A stretch of 64,000 nt of DNA from NCBI GenBank assembly GCA_020201275.1, contig JAIVHB010000133.1, positions 17,857-81,856 of the forward strand, in the 5' to 3' direction. A program made the translations under genes and the position numbers. The first letter of the stretch is position 1. Each line of letters starts with the position of its first letter. This DNA comes from Rhodothermaceae bacterium. Its GTDB lineage: Bacteria; Bacteroidota; Rhodothermia; Balneolales; Cyclonatronaceae. Below, one piece after another: positions 35,340-44,227 of this stretch. The notes under the pieces are model-generated. The model was not told the DNA's origin, did not search any database, and worked only from the letters and a program-made list of their open reading frames with translations.

Positions 35340-36875
35340 TTAATGCCCGCTGCCACCACCTATTACAGCAGCGCTGCCAAGAACTTCCTCTTTCTTCTCC
35401 TTGACGAACGACCAGCTCAGGGCCGAGAAACCAACGGTAACGGCACAGATGATAAAGATCAGGCTTTTATCCTCTATTCCGCTCACTGCCTCGCCAACGC
35501 CGAGACTGGCTACCAGCTGCGGTAGTACCACACTCAGGTTAAACAGGCCCATGTAGAGCCCCATACGGTTGCGTGGTATTTTGGAAGACATGATTGCAAA
35601 CGGAAGTGAGATCGTCGCGGCCCATCCTATGCCTACAATCGCAAAAAGAGCGTAGAGCATAACCGGGGTAAATCCGAAGAATATGATGGCTGTATAACCA
35701 GCCGCCATTATTGCGATACACGTCATGTGTGTATTAACCCTTCCGTATCGGGCGGCAATGGGTTCCAGCAGCAGCGCCGGGATGATAGCTGCAACCAGGT
35801 TTAATGAGAAGAAGCTCCAGTTTACCGTCTGCCCGACCGCAATATCGGTCAAATAGTCCATCCGGTACTGAACAAATGCATATAGGTAGATAAACATCGA
35901 CTGTACACCCACCCAGGTAAAGGAGTGAGCGGCAAGCACTTTCTGGAAGCCGATCATTCCGGCTTTCTCCTTCGATTTGCCCTCCTCACTTGTAAAAATG
36001 GCTTTCCCGATAAGCAATATTGTAAGCACAAGGCAGGCGTACTCAAAGATATTTCCGGGAATGGCAGCCATGCCGAGGCGAACAGCCAGTGCATACACGG
36101 AATAGATGAAAAAACCCCAGAGCGGATAGATGACCTTTACAATTTCTATCAATGAAGCTTCATTCGACTTTTTTGCTGCATCCCCGGCATGCTGCTGCGC
36201 CGATACACCGGCAGCCTCCGGCGTAAGGTCAGCCCTGGATTCATCCTCATCGTCCTGACCAAGCACCCATGGTTCTTTAATGAAGAACGGGGGTAGCAAT
36301 GAGAAAAGCAGAACAAGAGCCACACCAAAGTATATCAGAACAAAATTATCCCAGATCGCGCCGATAGCATAGGCCATAACGCCAAAGGTACCCGAGACCG
36401 TTTGCATCCAGGTATATCCCTTGGTACGCGGGCGGCCTTCGGGGGTCACATCCGCAATGATGGATCGGGTCGGATTAAAGCTCACATTGATGGCAAGATC
36501 CAGTGTAAGGGCAACCACCAGGGCTATGCCCAGAATGCCATCGAGGCCCATTGCCGAAGATATGATCCCGATATTGGGCAGAGCCAGAAGCATCAGTGCA
36601 GAAAGAACGCCGCCAATGAGAATGAACGGACGTCTTCTACCATTCCAGAACCAGACGTTATCGCTGATTACACCGATCAGGATCTGACCAATGATTCCGG
36701 CTATGGGACCGGCTGCCCATACCAGGCCTACGTCATGAATATCAAGTCCGTACTGGGTGCTCAGTATCCAGCTCAGGGCTGCTATCTGAACTGACAATGC
36801 AAAGCCCATGGCCGTTGCAGGCAGGGCCAGAAGGGCGTAGAAGGAGTTGGATAGCCATTTCTGAATTTCCAGCAT
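35340..36875 (-). CDS. MFS/GPH sugar:cation symporter (sucrose-transporter / SLC45-like)
   Basis: 511 aa with 12 predicted TM segments. 'WNGRRRPFILIG' is the RxGRRRPF-type motif of SUT/SLC45 transporters. The central loop is long and acidic. Confidence 0.8.
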   Translation of the reverse strand: MLEIQKWLSNSFYALLALPATAMGFALSVQIAALSWILSTQYGLDIHDVGLVWAAGPIAGIIGQILIGVISDNVWFWNGRRRPFILIGGVLSALMLLALPNIGIISSAMGLDGILGIALVVALTLDLAINVSFNPTRSIIADVTPEGRPRTKGYTWMQTVSGTFGVMAYAIGAIWDNFVLIYFGVALVLLFSLLPPFFIKEPWVLGQDDEDESRADLTPEAAGVSAQQHAGDAAKKSNEASLIEIVKVIYPLWGFFIYSVYALAVRLGMAAIPGNIFEYACLVLTILLIGKAIFTSEEGKSKEKAGMIGFQKVLAAHSFTWVGVQSMFIYLYAFVQYRMDYLTDIAVGQTVNWSFFSLNLVAAIIPALLLEPIAARYGRVNTHMTCIAIMAAGYTAIIFFGFTPVMLYALFAIVGIGWAATISLPFAIMSSKIPRNRMGLYMGLFNLSVVLPQLVASLGVGEAVSGIEDKSLIFIICAVTVGFSALSWSFVKEKKEEVLGSAAVIGGGSGH

Positions 36876-37426
36876 GATTCGTCGGTTGGTAAAAAGGTGT
36901 AATAATCGGCGTTAATTTGAGACTTTTGCAAATCAATTCATAATTTTTTAGCCATTCAAAATATGTGTTTAATCCTCTTCCAAATCCATCAATCCAACCT
37001 CTAATCCCATGAAAATCTATTCAGGACTGCTTTTAACCCTGCTGATATCGTTTTCAATTATATCCGAAACCGACAAACCCGGGCCCTGCGACGGCAAAAT
37101 ATCCATATGGTTGTCAAAAACGGACAGGTGTGTGATTCGGCATTAAACGAGTTATGGCCGGTTCAGCGGGTGCGTGAACGCTATCGCCATCAGAGCACCT
37201 ATTCAAGCTCAACAACGGGTGTGGGGACAGATATTTGTCGGCATTTAAAATGAATCCAACTCGTGCAAGAAGAATTCATCATATAGCGGACTGTTCAGGG
37301 TCACTGCAGGTTGAAACCCTGACCAGCATCCATCAGGGCCTAATCATTACGCGTTTACCAATACCATGTAATGGTTGCTTCGAAAGTATACTGCATCCGA
37401 ATCGGTCTTTTTAACAGAGAACGATA

Positions 37427-37771
37427 TCAGGCTTTGTTGTAGGATTGTACGGCATCATCCAGCGTTTTGTAGTGCTTGAAGATGGTGGTGAGATGAGTAA
37501 CCATCAACAGGCTTTCCACCTTTTTATCAGCCCTGCAAATTCTCAGATCACCACCGGCATTTCTCATGGTCGTAAGACCGCCAATCAGAATACCCAACCC
37601 TGACGAATTCATAAATTTTACTTTTCCGACATCAACAATGACATTCTTCCGACCTTGCCCGATCAGATTATGAAGATCTTCCCGGAATTTGTCGGCATGA
37701 GGCCCACCAAGAACATTCCCGTTGAGCTCAATTACGGCGCAATTGTATTTTTCGGAGATATCATATTTCAT
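37427..37771 (-). CDS. STAS-domain anti-sigma-factor antagonist (SpoIIAA-like)
   Basis: 114 aa. 'VIVDVGKVKFMNSSGLGILIG' carries the phosphorylatable Ser context. Confidence 0.8.
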   Translation of the reverse strand: MKYDISEKYNCAVIELNGNVLGGPHADKFREDLHNLIGQGRKNVIVDVGKVKFMNSSGLGILIGGLTTMRNAGGDLRICRADKKVESLLMVTHLTTIFKHYKTLDDAVQSYNKA

Positions 37772-37828
37772 GGTTCGTCGATTTTATCTGGGTTCATGGT
37801 TACTTGCACGGAAATGTATAAAATTTAT

Positions 37829-38545
37829 TCATATGCAACACAGATATTTTCTGTAGAGAGTGGGTTTATGTCGATAACACTGGGCTTTCACGCTTTCTAT
37901 ATACTCTTCGCTGGCGAATATGGCTACTTCAACGCGGCGATTTTCGATGCGGCCGGTTTCAGTATCATTCGTTGCGATAGGTTCCAGTTCACCGCGGCCT
38001 TCAAGCTTTACGCGATCGCTTGGTACGCCCTGGTTAACCAGGAAATTTCTGGCAGACTGGGCTCGCCGCTCCGACAGGCCCATATTGTAATTTTCGTTCC
38101 CGACATTATCGGTATGGCCGACAATAAGTATTTCAGAGTCGGGATAATCCTTAAGACTTGCAGCCAGTTCGGATAGATTATTACGGGCATCGGCTTGAAG
38201 CTCCGCAGAATCAAATCCAAACAGCAGACCGGAATCAAAGGTAATTGCAATACCTTCACCTACACGCTCAATATGAGCACCGTCAATATTTTTCTCAAGC
38301 TCCTCGGCCTGTTTGTCCATTTGCCGTCCGATAACGGCTCCGGCTGCACCACCCACAACGGCTCCGATAATCGCCCCTTTGGCAGTATCACCAAGAGCTT
38401 TTCCTACAACCGCACCGGCTGCGGCGCCAGCTCCGGCTCCGACCATGGTACCCTGCGCGGCTTTGCTTAAATTCTGACATCCGGTAATAGCAAGAGCTAT
38501 TACCAGCGTTGAGATAACTGATATTTTTGAAAAATTTAGCATCAC
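37829..38545 (-). CDS. OmpA-family lipoprotein with an N-terminal glycine-zipper segment
   Basis: Lipobox 'LAITGC'. Gly/Ala zipper 'GAGAGAAAGAVVGKALG...GAVVGGAAGAVIG'. OmpA_C motif 'GHTDNVGNENYNMGLSERRAQSARNFLV ... NRRVEV'. Confidence 0.9.
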   Translation of the reverse strand: MMLNFSKISVISTLVIALAITGCQNLSKAAQGTMVGAGAGAAAGAVVGKALGDTAKGAIIGAVVGGAAGAVIGRQMDKQAEELEKNIDGAHIERVGEGIAITFDSGLLFGFDSAELQADARNNLSELAASLKDYPDSEILIVGHTDNVGNENYNMGLSERRAQSARNFLVNQGVPSDRVKLEGRGELEPIATNDTETGRIENRRVEVAIFASEEYIESVKAQCYRHKPTLYRKYLCCI

Positions 38546-38823
38546 TATAAAAGATTAGCGGTTTTTGGTTTCACAGCACCGGATTACCCGGCAGCGCGTT
38601 ATTCACTATAACGTTTAAAAATCTAATACCGCATACATAATAGATGATTGATTCATACATATGTTACAGATCAGACCGATAATTTTTAATTATTTGCATA
38701 AAAACTCTTTACTGCTATTATTTCAATGTCTTATAAGTATGTTATATATTTCTATGGTTTAAGATTTTATTTTGGAAGACGAACTTCCGGAACCCTTATT
38801 GATACCGGCGTGCTGTAACTGGA

Positions 38824-39591
38824 TTAATCTGCATGAATACCAAAAAGGCGTGCCGCATTTTCATTGGTTATTTTTACAATTTGTTCCAATGATATATTAA
38901 AAATGTCGCTCAGTTTTTCAGCGACAAGTTTTACGAACGCAGGTTCATTACGCTTTCCGCGGTAAGGTACAGGTGCCAGATAAGGTGCATCCGTTTCCAG
39001 TACAAGCCTGTCGGTTGGGAGGTTTGAAACTGTTTTGTCAACCCCGGCATTTTTAAAAGTAACAACTCCCCCGATTCCCAGATACAATCCCAGATCCATT
39101 GCCCTTCTGGCTTCATCAACTGTGCCGTTGAAGCAGTGCCATACCCCCTTCAACGACCCGTCCTGTTCGTCGCTGAAAATATCAAGCAGATCGGCAGTTG
39201 CATCCCTATTATGCAATATAATCGGTTTTTGCACTGCTTTTGCAATCTGGCAGTGCAATCTCAGGCTTTGCTGCTGTTCTTTCACATGATCGGTACTCCA
39301 GTAGTAATCAAGCCCGGATTCGCCAACAGCCAGAATTTGATCGGAGGATACACTTTCCATGAGCAATTTTTCAAGATCAGGCCTGGTTCCACTGATCTCG
39401 CATGGATGCACACCTGCCATCTTGTAAAAGACAATCCCCGGATGCGACAGGCGATCCATGTCGGTTAGTGACTTAAAATCAATAGCCGGCATAAATATTG
39501 CCCTTACACCGGCATCATATGCCCGGTCAAGAACGTGCCCGATATCATTCTGGAACTGATCGAGATAGATATGGCAGTGGGTATCGGTCAT
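38824..39591 (-). CDS. tatD: TatD-family metal-dependent hydrolase/DNase
   Basis: 'TDTHCHIY', 'GESGLDYYW', 'PIILHNRDA' and 'LVLETDAPYLAP' are present. Confidence 0.92.
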   Translation of the reverse strand: MTDTHCHIYLDQFQNDIGHVLDRAYDAGVRAIFMPAIDFKSLTDMDRLSHPGIVFYKMAGVHPCEISGTRPDLEKLLMESVSSDQILAVGESGLDYYWSTDHVKEQQQSLRLHCQIAKAVQKPIILHNRDATADLLDIFSDEQDGSLKGVWHCFNGTVDEARRAMDLGLYLGIGGVVTFKNAGVDKTVSNLPTDRLVLETDAPYLAPVPYRGKRNEPAFVKLVAEKLSDIFNISLEQIVKITNENAARLFGIHAD

Positions 39592-39619
39592 AAGTTCAGA
39601 GTAGTGGGAAGTGAGTGTT

Positions 39620-39658
39620 GAGACATGAGACAGACATCAGACATCAGACATCAGACAT
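39620..39658. repeat. Heptanucleotide tandem repeat (CAGACAT)x4 preceded by a degenerate copy
   Basis: Read directly from the sequence: 'gagacat gaga cagacat cagacat cagacat cagacat'. Four perfect copies occupy 39631..39658. Confidence 0.95.
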
Positions 39659-40029
39659 CTTATGGGCAAGATACGGGACATGTGTCTAAGAAGTGCAGCG
39701 ATTGGGGCACCTGTTATTTGCTGATTGAACGCTTTGGCATAAAGAGTTTCAAAGTCGAAAGGCTTTGTCTTGTTTGTTTTATTTATTTTAGACGATATGT
39801 CAAATTAATGGTTGTTTGATACTCTTCATTAATCGAACTCATGATAAATGAATAAAATCAATATATTATGGCCTTGAGTCAATATTTCTGATGTTTGATG
39901 TGTTTTAACCTGTCTTGGGAGCTTTTTAAAAAAAGCCCCACGTGCTTCGACTACATTCCTCGTTAAGCTCTTCATTGCGCTAAGCATGACGTTCTTATTA
40001 CTCATAACTAATCCACCCCTCCCCACGCC

Positions 40030-40812
40030 GTGTCACTTACCTATCTGAATTATCTGAAAATTGACGACCTGCTCGGTCTTCAGCAGCCGAAATCGGAACC
40101 AGTGGAACATGATGAAATGCTGTTCATCATTATTCACCAGACCTATGAACTCTGGTTCAAGCAGATACTGCATGAGATGGGAAAGCTCAGAATACATCTG
40201 CAGGCTGGTGAAACATGGACAAGTTTAAAAACCATGCGAAGAATTTTGGTCATCATGAAAACACTGGTCGGGCAAACCGACATCCTGGAAACCATGACGC
40301 CCCTCTCCTTCAATCAGTTCCGCAAGTTCCTTGAGAATGCCAGCGGGTTTCAGAGCGTTCAGTTCCGCGAGATGGAAATACTATGCGGGTTCCGCTTTGG
40401 GCTGATGCACTCCTATCATTCCGATAATGCCAATGCCACCTCGGTTATAAACCAAAGGATGGCTGAGCCAACTCTTTGGGAGTCTTTCTGCATGTACCTG
40501 CAGAAACGAGGGTACGTAATATCTGTACCGGTACGCAAAAATGAACGAGGTCTGATGTATGAAAGCTCTCAGGATGTACAGGATACACTGGTACACATCA
40601 TGAAAAACGATCCTGAGGCCGCCCTGCTCAGCGAATTGTTCGTTGATTTTGACGAAGGCCTGCTTGAGTGGCGCTACCGGCATGTAAAAATGGTTGAACG
40701 CACAATCGGAACCAAGAAAGGTACGGGGGGCTCCGACGGTGTGCAGTACCTGAAGAAGACCCTCGAATACAAAGCTTTCCCCGATCTTTGGGAGATCAGA
40801 ACACGGTTTTAG
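40030..40812 (+). CDS. kynA: Tryptophan 2,3-dioxygenase
   Basis: GTG start. 'YLNYLKIDDLLGLQQP', 'HDEMLFIIIHQTYELWFKQILHE' and 'GTGGSDGVQYL' are TDO blocks. Confidence 0.88.
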   Translation: MSLTYLNYLKIDDLLGLQQPKSEPVEHDEMLFIIIHQTYELWFKQILHEMGKLRIHLQAGETWTSLKTMRRILVIMKTLVGQTDILETMTPLSFNQFRKFLENASGFQSVQFREMEILCGFRFGLMHSYHSDNANATSVINQRMAEPTLWESFCMYLQKRGYVISVPVRKNERGLMYESSQDVQDTLVHIMKNDPEAALLSELFVDFDEGLLEWRYRHVKMVERTIGTKKGTGGSDGVQYLKKTLEYKAFPDLWEIRTRF

Positions 40813-40979
40813 AAATCGTTGGGTTTCGTTGGGTGCGAATAATATATTAAATGCTGTAAGGATGCCCATACTTTTTACTCTTTATAATGCAGGATGTAAT
40901 CTGGCAAACAAATTTTGCGATTACATATTTTATACATATAATGCGATCGAAATTACAAACCCTGAATCCTGAATTAACT

Positions 40980-42029
40980 ATGTCAACACCTGAAAGACAA
41001 AAAGCACTTGAGCTGGCTGTAGGCCAGATTGAAAAAACGCACGGTAAAGGTACCATCATGCGCCTCGGCGACAATCCGATACATGATGTGCCAAGCATTT
41101 CCACCGGTTCCCTGTCCATAGACTTTGCCCTGGGCGTAGGCGGTATACCCAGAGGCCGTATCATTGAGATTTACGGGCCTGAATCAAGCGGTAAAACAAC
41201 ACTGGCGCTGCATGTGATTGCCCAGGCGCAGCTGAAGGGCGGTTATGCCGCATTCATCGATGCCGAAAACGCATTTGATGCCAAATATGCCAAGGCGCTT
41301 GGTATCAATACAGAAGAACTACTTGTATCACAGCCCGACAGTGGTGAACAGGCCCTTGAAATAGCTGAAACACTGATCCGCAGCGGTGCTCTTGATGTGG
41401 TTGTTATCGACTCAGTTGCCGCGCTGGTACCACGGGCCGAACTCGAAGGTGAAATGGGCGATTCGCATATGGGGCTTCAGGCCCGGCTTATGTCGCAGGC
41501 CCTTCGCAAGCTCACGGCAGTTGTGAACAAAACACGCACCTCCGTAATCTTCATTAACCAGATACGCGAGAAGATCGGTGTCATGTTCGGTAACCCGGAA
41601 ACCACTACCGGCGGCCGCGCCCTCAAGTTCTATTCATCTGTTCGTCTTGACATCCGCCGGATTGGTGCCATCAAACGGGGCGACGAAATCATTGGCAACC
41701 GGACCAAGGTAAAAGTCGTCAAAAACAAGGTTGCCCCCCCTTTCAAGGAAGTGGAATTCAACATCATGTACGGCAAGGGGATTTCCAAAATCGCTGAAAT
41801 TCTTGATTTGGCCGTTGAGTTTGACATCATAGAGAAGCGTGGCAGCTGGTACCGCTACGACGGTGAGCCAATCGGGCAGGGAAATGATTCGGCACTGCAG
41901 TTTCTGGAAGAAGACCAAGAACTTTGCGACAAGATTGAACAGATGGTACGCAAACAACTTATGCCTGACGAAAATGTAGTCAAGACCAACGGGCAGGAGG
42001 CAAAACCTGAGGCGGCCGTCAAAGCATAA
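40980..42029 (+). CDS. recA: Recombinase RecA
   Basis: '[27 protein letters not shown]', Walker A '[15 protein letters not shown]', and '[10 protein letters not shown]'. The listed ORF starts at 40887, but the conserved N-terminus begins at the ATG at 40980. Confidence 0.98.
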   Translation: MSTPERQKALELAVGQIEKTHGKGTIMRLGDNPIHDVPSISTGSLSIDFALGVGGIPRGRIIEIYGPESSGKTTLALHVIAQAQLKGGYAAFIDAENAFDAKYAKALGINTEELLVSQPDSGEQALEIAETLIRSGALDVVVIDSVAALVPRAELEGEMGDSHMGLQARLMSQALRKLTAVVNKTRTSVIFINQIREKIGVMFGNPETTTGGRALKFYSSVRLDIRRIGAIKRGDEIIGNRTKVKVVKNKVAPPFKEVEFNIMYGKGISKIAEILDLAVEFDIIEKRGSWYRYDGEPIGQGNDSALQFLEEDQELCDKIEQMVRKQLMPDENVVKTNGQEAKPEAAVKA

Positions 42030-42030
42030 A

Positions 42031-42478
42031 ATTGACATTGCGGCCCTGACTGAAAAGCTGCCGGGTGAAATCACCTCGATTGAACCGCAGAAATACCATG
42101 CCGACCGGGTATCACTTTTTGTTGAAGGTGATTTCCTGGCCGGCATTTCTGTTTATACCAAAGAAAAGATCCCTGTTCACACCGGTGAAGTACTCACTGC
42201 CGCGAAACTGATTAGCCTGCTTGTGGGGTCCTAACCGCATCAGGGCGGCTCTTAAATTGAAAGGCATATCAGACAGCTGCATTAATGTAGCCATCGAATC
42301 CATATCAAATTCTGAAACACAGGAACATCAGATCAGGAAACTGCTTGAAAAACAGCGTGTGAAATTCACAAAGGAATCAGATTTTTTAAAAAGGAGAAAA
42401 AAAGCTTACGATTTTCTCATGCGAAAAGGTTATCGTCATTCTGATGTGATGAAGATCATTGAGAAGGCAGATATCTGA
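42031..42478 (+). pseudogene. recX: recX remnant (split over two reading frames, middle part missing)
   Basis: Frame A (42031..42234) reads '...GEITSIEPQKYHADRVSLFVEGDFLAGISVYTKEKIPVHTGEVL...LLVGS*', like the N-terminal module of long RecX proteins. It has no ATG/GTG/TTG start after the upstream in-frame stop at 41977. Frame B (+1; 42221..42478) reads 'WGPNRIRAALKLKGIS...RRKKAYDFLMRKGYRHSDVMKIIE', like the last RecX repeats. The position directly after recA is the canonical recX position. Confidence 0.5.
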
Positions 42479-42480
42479 CT

Positions 42481-43545
42481 ATGAAGCGGTTTACACTTGA
42501 GCGATTTTTTAAAGGGCTTATCTACACCATCCTTTTGGTTGTGGTTGTTCTTTTATTTTACCGTTTTTCGACCCTGATCATATACGGTCTTATAGCACTG
42601 ATTTTTTCGTACATACTCGATCCTGTTGTTAACCGGATGCAGTCTTCGGGCATGAACCGAACATTATCCATCGCCATTGTAATTTTATCTGTTCTGCTGG
42701 TTATCGTTTGGATATCGACCACCATACTGCCAAACGTGGGAAATCAGATAGCCGGGCTGGCAGGTCAGTTTAATATGGAAACAGCCATGACCGTTGCCGC
42801 GCAGGTTGAGTTCAAGATCCTGGAGGCCATTCCATTTGTACCCGAAGGTTTTTTGATCAACAACGTTCCGGTAATATTCGAACAGCTATTTCAAGTGGAT
42901 GATGTTCAACAAATGGTAGGCAATCTGGTTGGCGTTTTCACAAATATATTTACTGCGGTACTCATTATACCCTTTGCTACCTTTTTCTTTCTGAAAGACG
43001 GCTCCAAACTCCGGCAACAATTTCTAAAATTTGTGCCTAACAGCTATTTCGAAACCACAATGACCATCATCGACAAAATCGAAACCGGCATTGGGCGGCA
43101 TTTCAAAGGCGTTGGCCTGCAAAGCCTAATTGTTGCACTTACATCATGGATACTGTTGAGCATCGCCGGCCTGAATAATTCCCTGTCGGTTGGCCTGGCC
43201 GTGGGTATCAGTAATACGATTCCCTATTTCGGGCCCATTATCGGTTACATCCTCTCTATTATTATCGCAATCTTTGAGACGGGCGACTTCTCACTGGTTC
43301 TTTACTGCATACTGGCAATAATGGCAGTGCAGATTCTCGATAATGTGGTACTGCAGCCCGCCATTTTCTCTAAATCGGCGGATCTGCATCCACTGTACAT
43401 ACTGCTTTTCATCTTGATGGGTGCCGAGCTGGCGGGTATTATCGGCATGCTGATTGCGATACCAATTGCCACGATAATACGTGTTATCATTACTGAAATC
43501 ACCTGGAGCGTTAAAAATTACCAGGTTTTCAAAACTGAACCATAA
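42481..43545 (+). CDS. AI-2E family transporter (PerM/UPF0118)
   Basis: 354 aa, polytopic. 'ALIFSYILDPVV', 'IPYFGPIIG' and 'LQPAIFSKSADLHPL' are typical AI-2E blocks. Confidence 0.85.
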   Translation: MKRFTLERFFKGLIYTILLVVVVLLFYRFSTLIIYGLIALIFSYILDPVVNRMQSSGMNRTLSIAIVILSVLLVIVWISTTILPNVGNQIAGLAGQFNMETAMTVAAQVEFKILEAIPFVPEGFLINNVPVIFEQLFQVDDVQQMVGNLVGVFTNIFTAVLIIPFATFFFLKDGSKLRQQFLKFVPNSYFETTMTIIDKIETGIGRHFKGVGLQSLIVALTSWILLSIAGLNNSLSVGLAVGISNTIPYFGPIIGYILSIIIAIFETGDFSLVLYCILAIMAVQILDNVVLQPAIFSKSADLHPLYILLFILMGAELAGIIGMLIAIPIATIIRVIITEITWSVKNYQVFKTEP

Positions 43546-43630
43546 TCACGATTTATTTGACTACAGAGCGATCATTTTCCGTATATTTTAACGCACCGAT
43601 AACACAGAAGCACCCTAACGATAAAGGTCA

Positions 43631-44227
43631 TTGAATAATCGCATCGCCGTTTTTGCGTCGGGCGGCGGAACCAACTTCCAGGCACTGATCGACGAAATAA
43701 ACCGTGGCAATCTGAATGCAAAATTAGCCGGACTTATCAGCAGCCGGCCCGATGCCGGTGCCATTATTCGGGCCGAATCGCAGGGCATACCTGTAACAGT
43801 AGTAAAACAGTCTGATTATTCGAGCGAACATAAGTTTGGTGAAGAACTGAACCGAATTCTCAATAAATGGGATCCTGCCCTGATCGTTCTTGCAGGTTAC
43901 ATGCTGAAAATTCCGGCCATTGTAATCGATGCCTATCCGGGCAGGATCATCAATATCCATCCGGCTCTGCTACCAAAATTCGGTGGTAAGGGTTTGTATG
44001 GAATCCGGGTTCACCGGGCTGTACTGGCTGCAGGTGAGGTGGAAAGCGGGTGCAGCGTTCATATTGTAACCAAAGACTACGATGAGGGACCTGTTGTAGG
44101 ACAAATGACCGTGCCTGTGGAACCCGGAGACACACCCGAGCTTCTTGCCGCCAGAATTCTTAATGAAGAACATAAATTGCTGCCCAGAATAATTGGTTTG
44201 CTACTCAACAAAATCGAAAAGGAATGA
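43631..44227 (+). CDS. purN: Phosphoribosylglycinamide formyltransferase
   Basis: TTG start. 'IAVFASGGGTNFQALID', 'IINIHPALLPKFGG' and 'GCSVHIVTKDYDEGP' are present. Confidence 0.93.
   Translation: MNNRIAVFASGGGTNFQALIDEINRGNLNAKLAGLISSRPDAGAIIRAESQGIPVTVVKQSDYSSEHKFGEELNRILNKWDPALIVLAGYMLKIPAIVIDAYPGRIINIHPALLPKFGGKGLYGIRVHRAVLAAGEVESGCSVHIVTKDYDEGPVVGQMTVPVEPGDTPELLAARILNEEHKLLPRIIGLLLNKIEKE

Noticed and set aside
39703-39722. Sigma-54-like promoter 'TGGGGCACctgttatTTGCT' upstream of kynA
   Set aside because: The GG-to-GC spacing is 12 nt instead of the required 10. It also lies about 300 nt from the kynA start. It is probably a chance match.
40887-40979. Upstream extension of recA (and likewise 45845..45904 for mreB)
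   Set aside because: The conserved N-termini of RecA and MreB begin at the internal ATGs. The extensions are AT-rich promoter-like sequence.
40381-42146. 162-aa and 170-aa minus-strand ORFs (40381..40869 and 41634..42146)
   Set aside because: They are antisense to kynA and recA respectively. Both sense genes carry strong family motifs, and the antisense translations do not.
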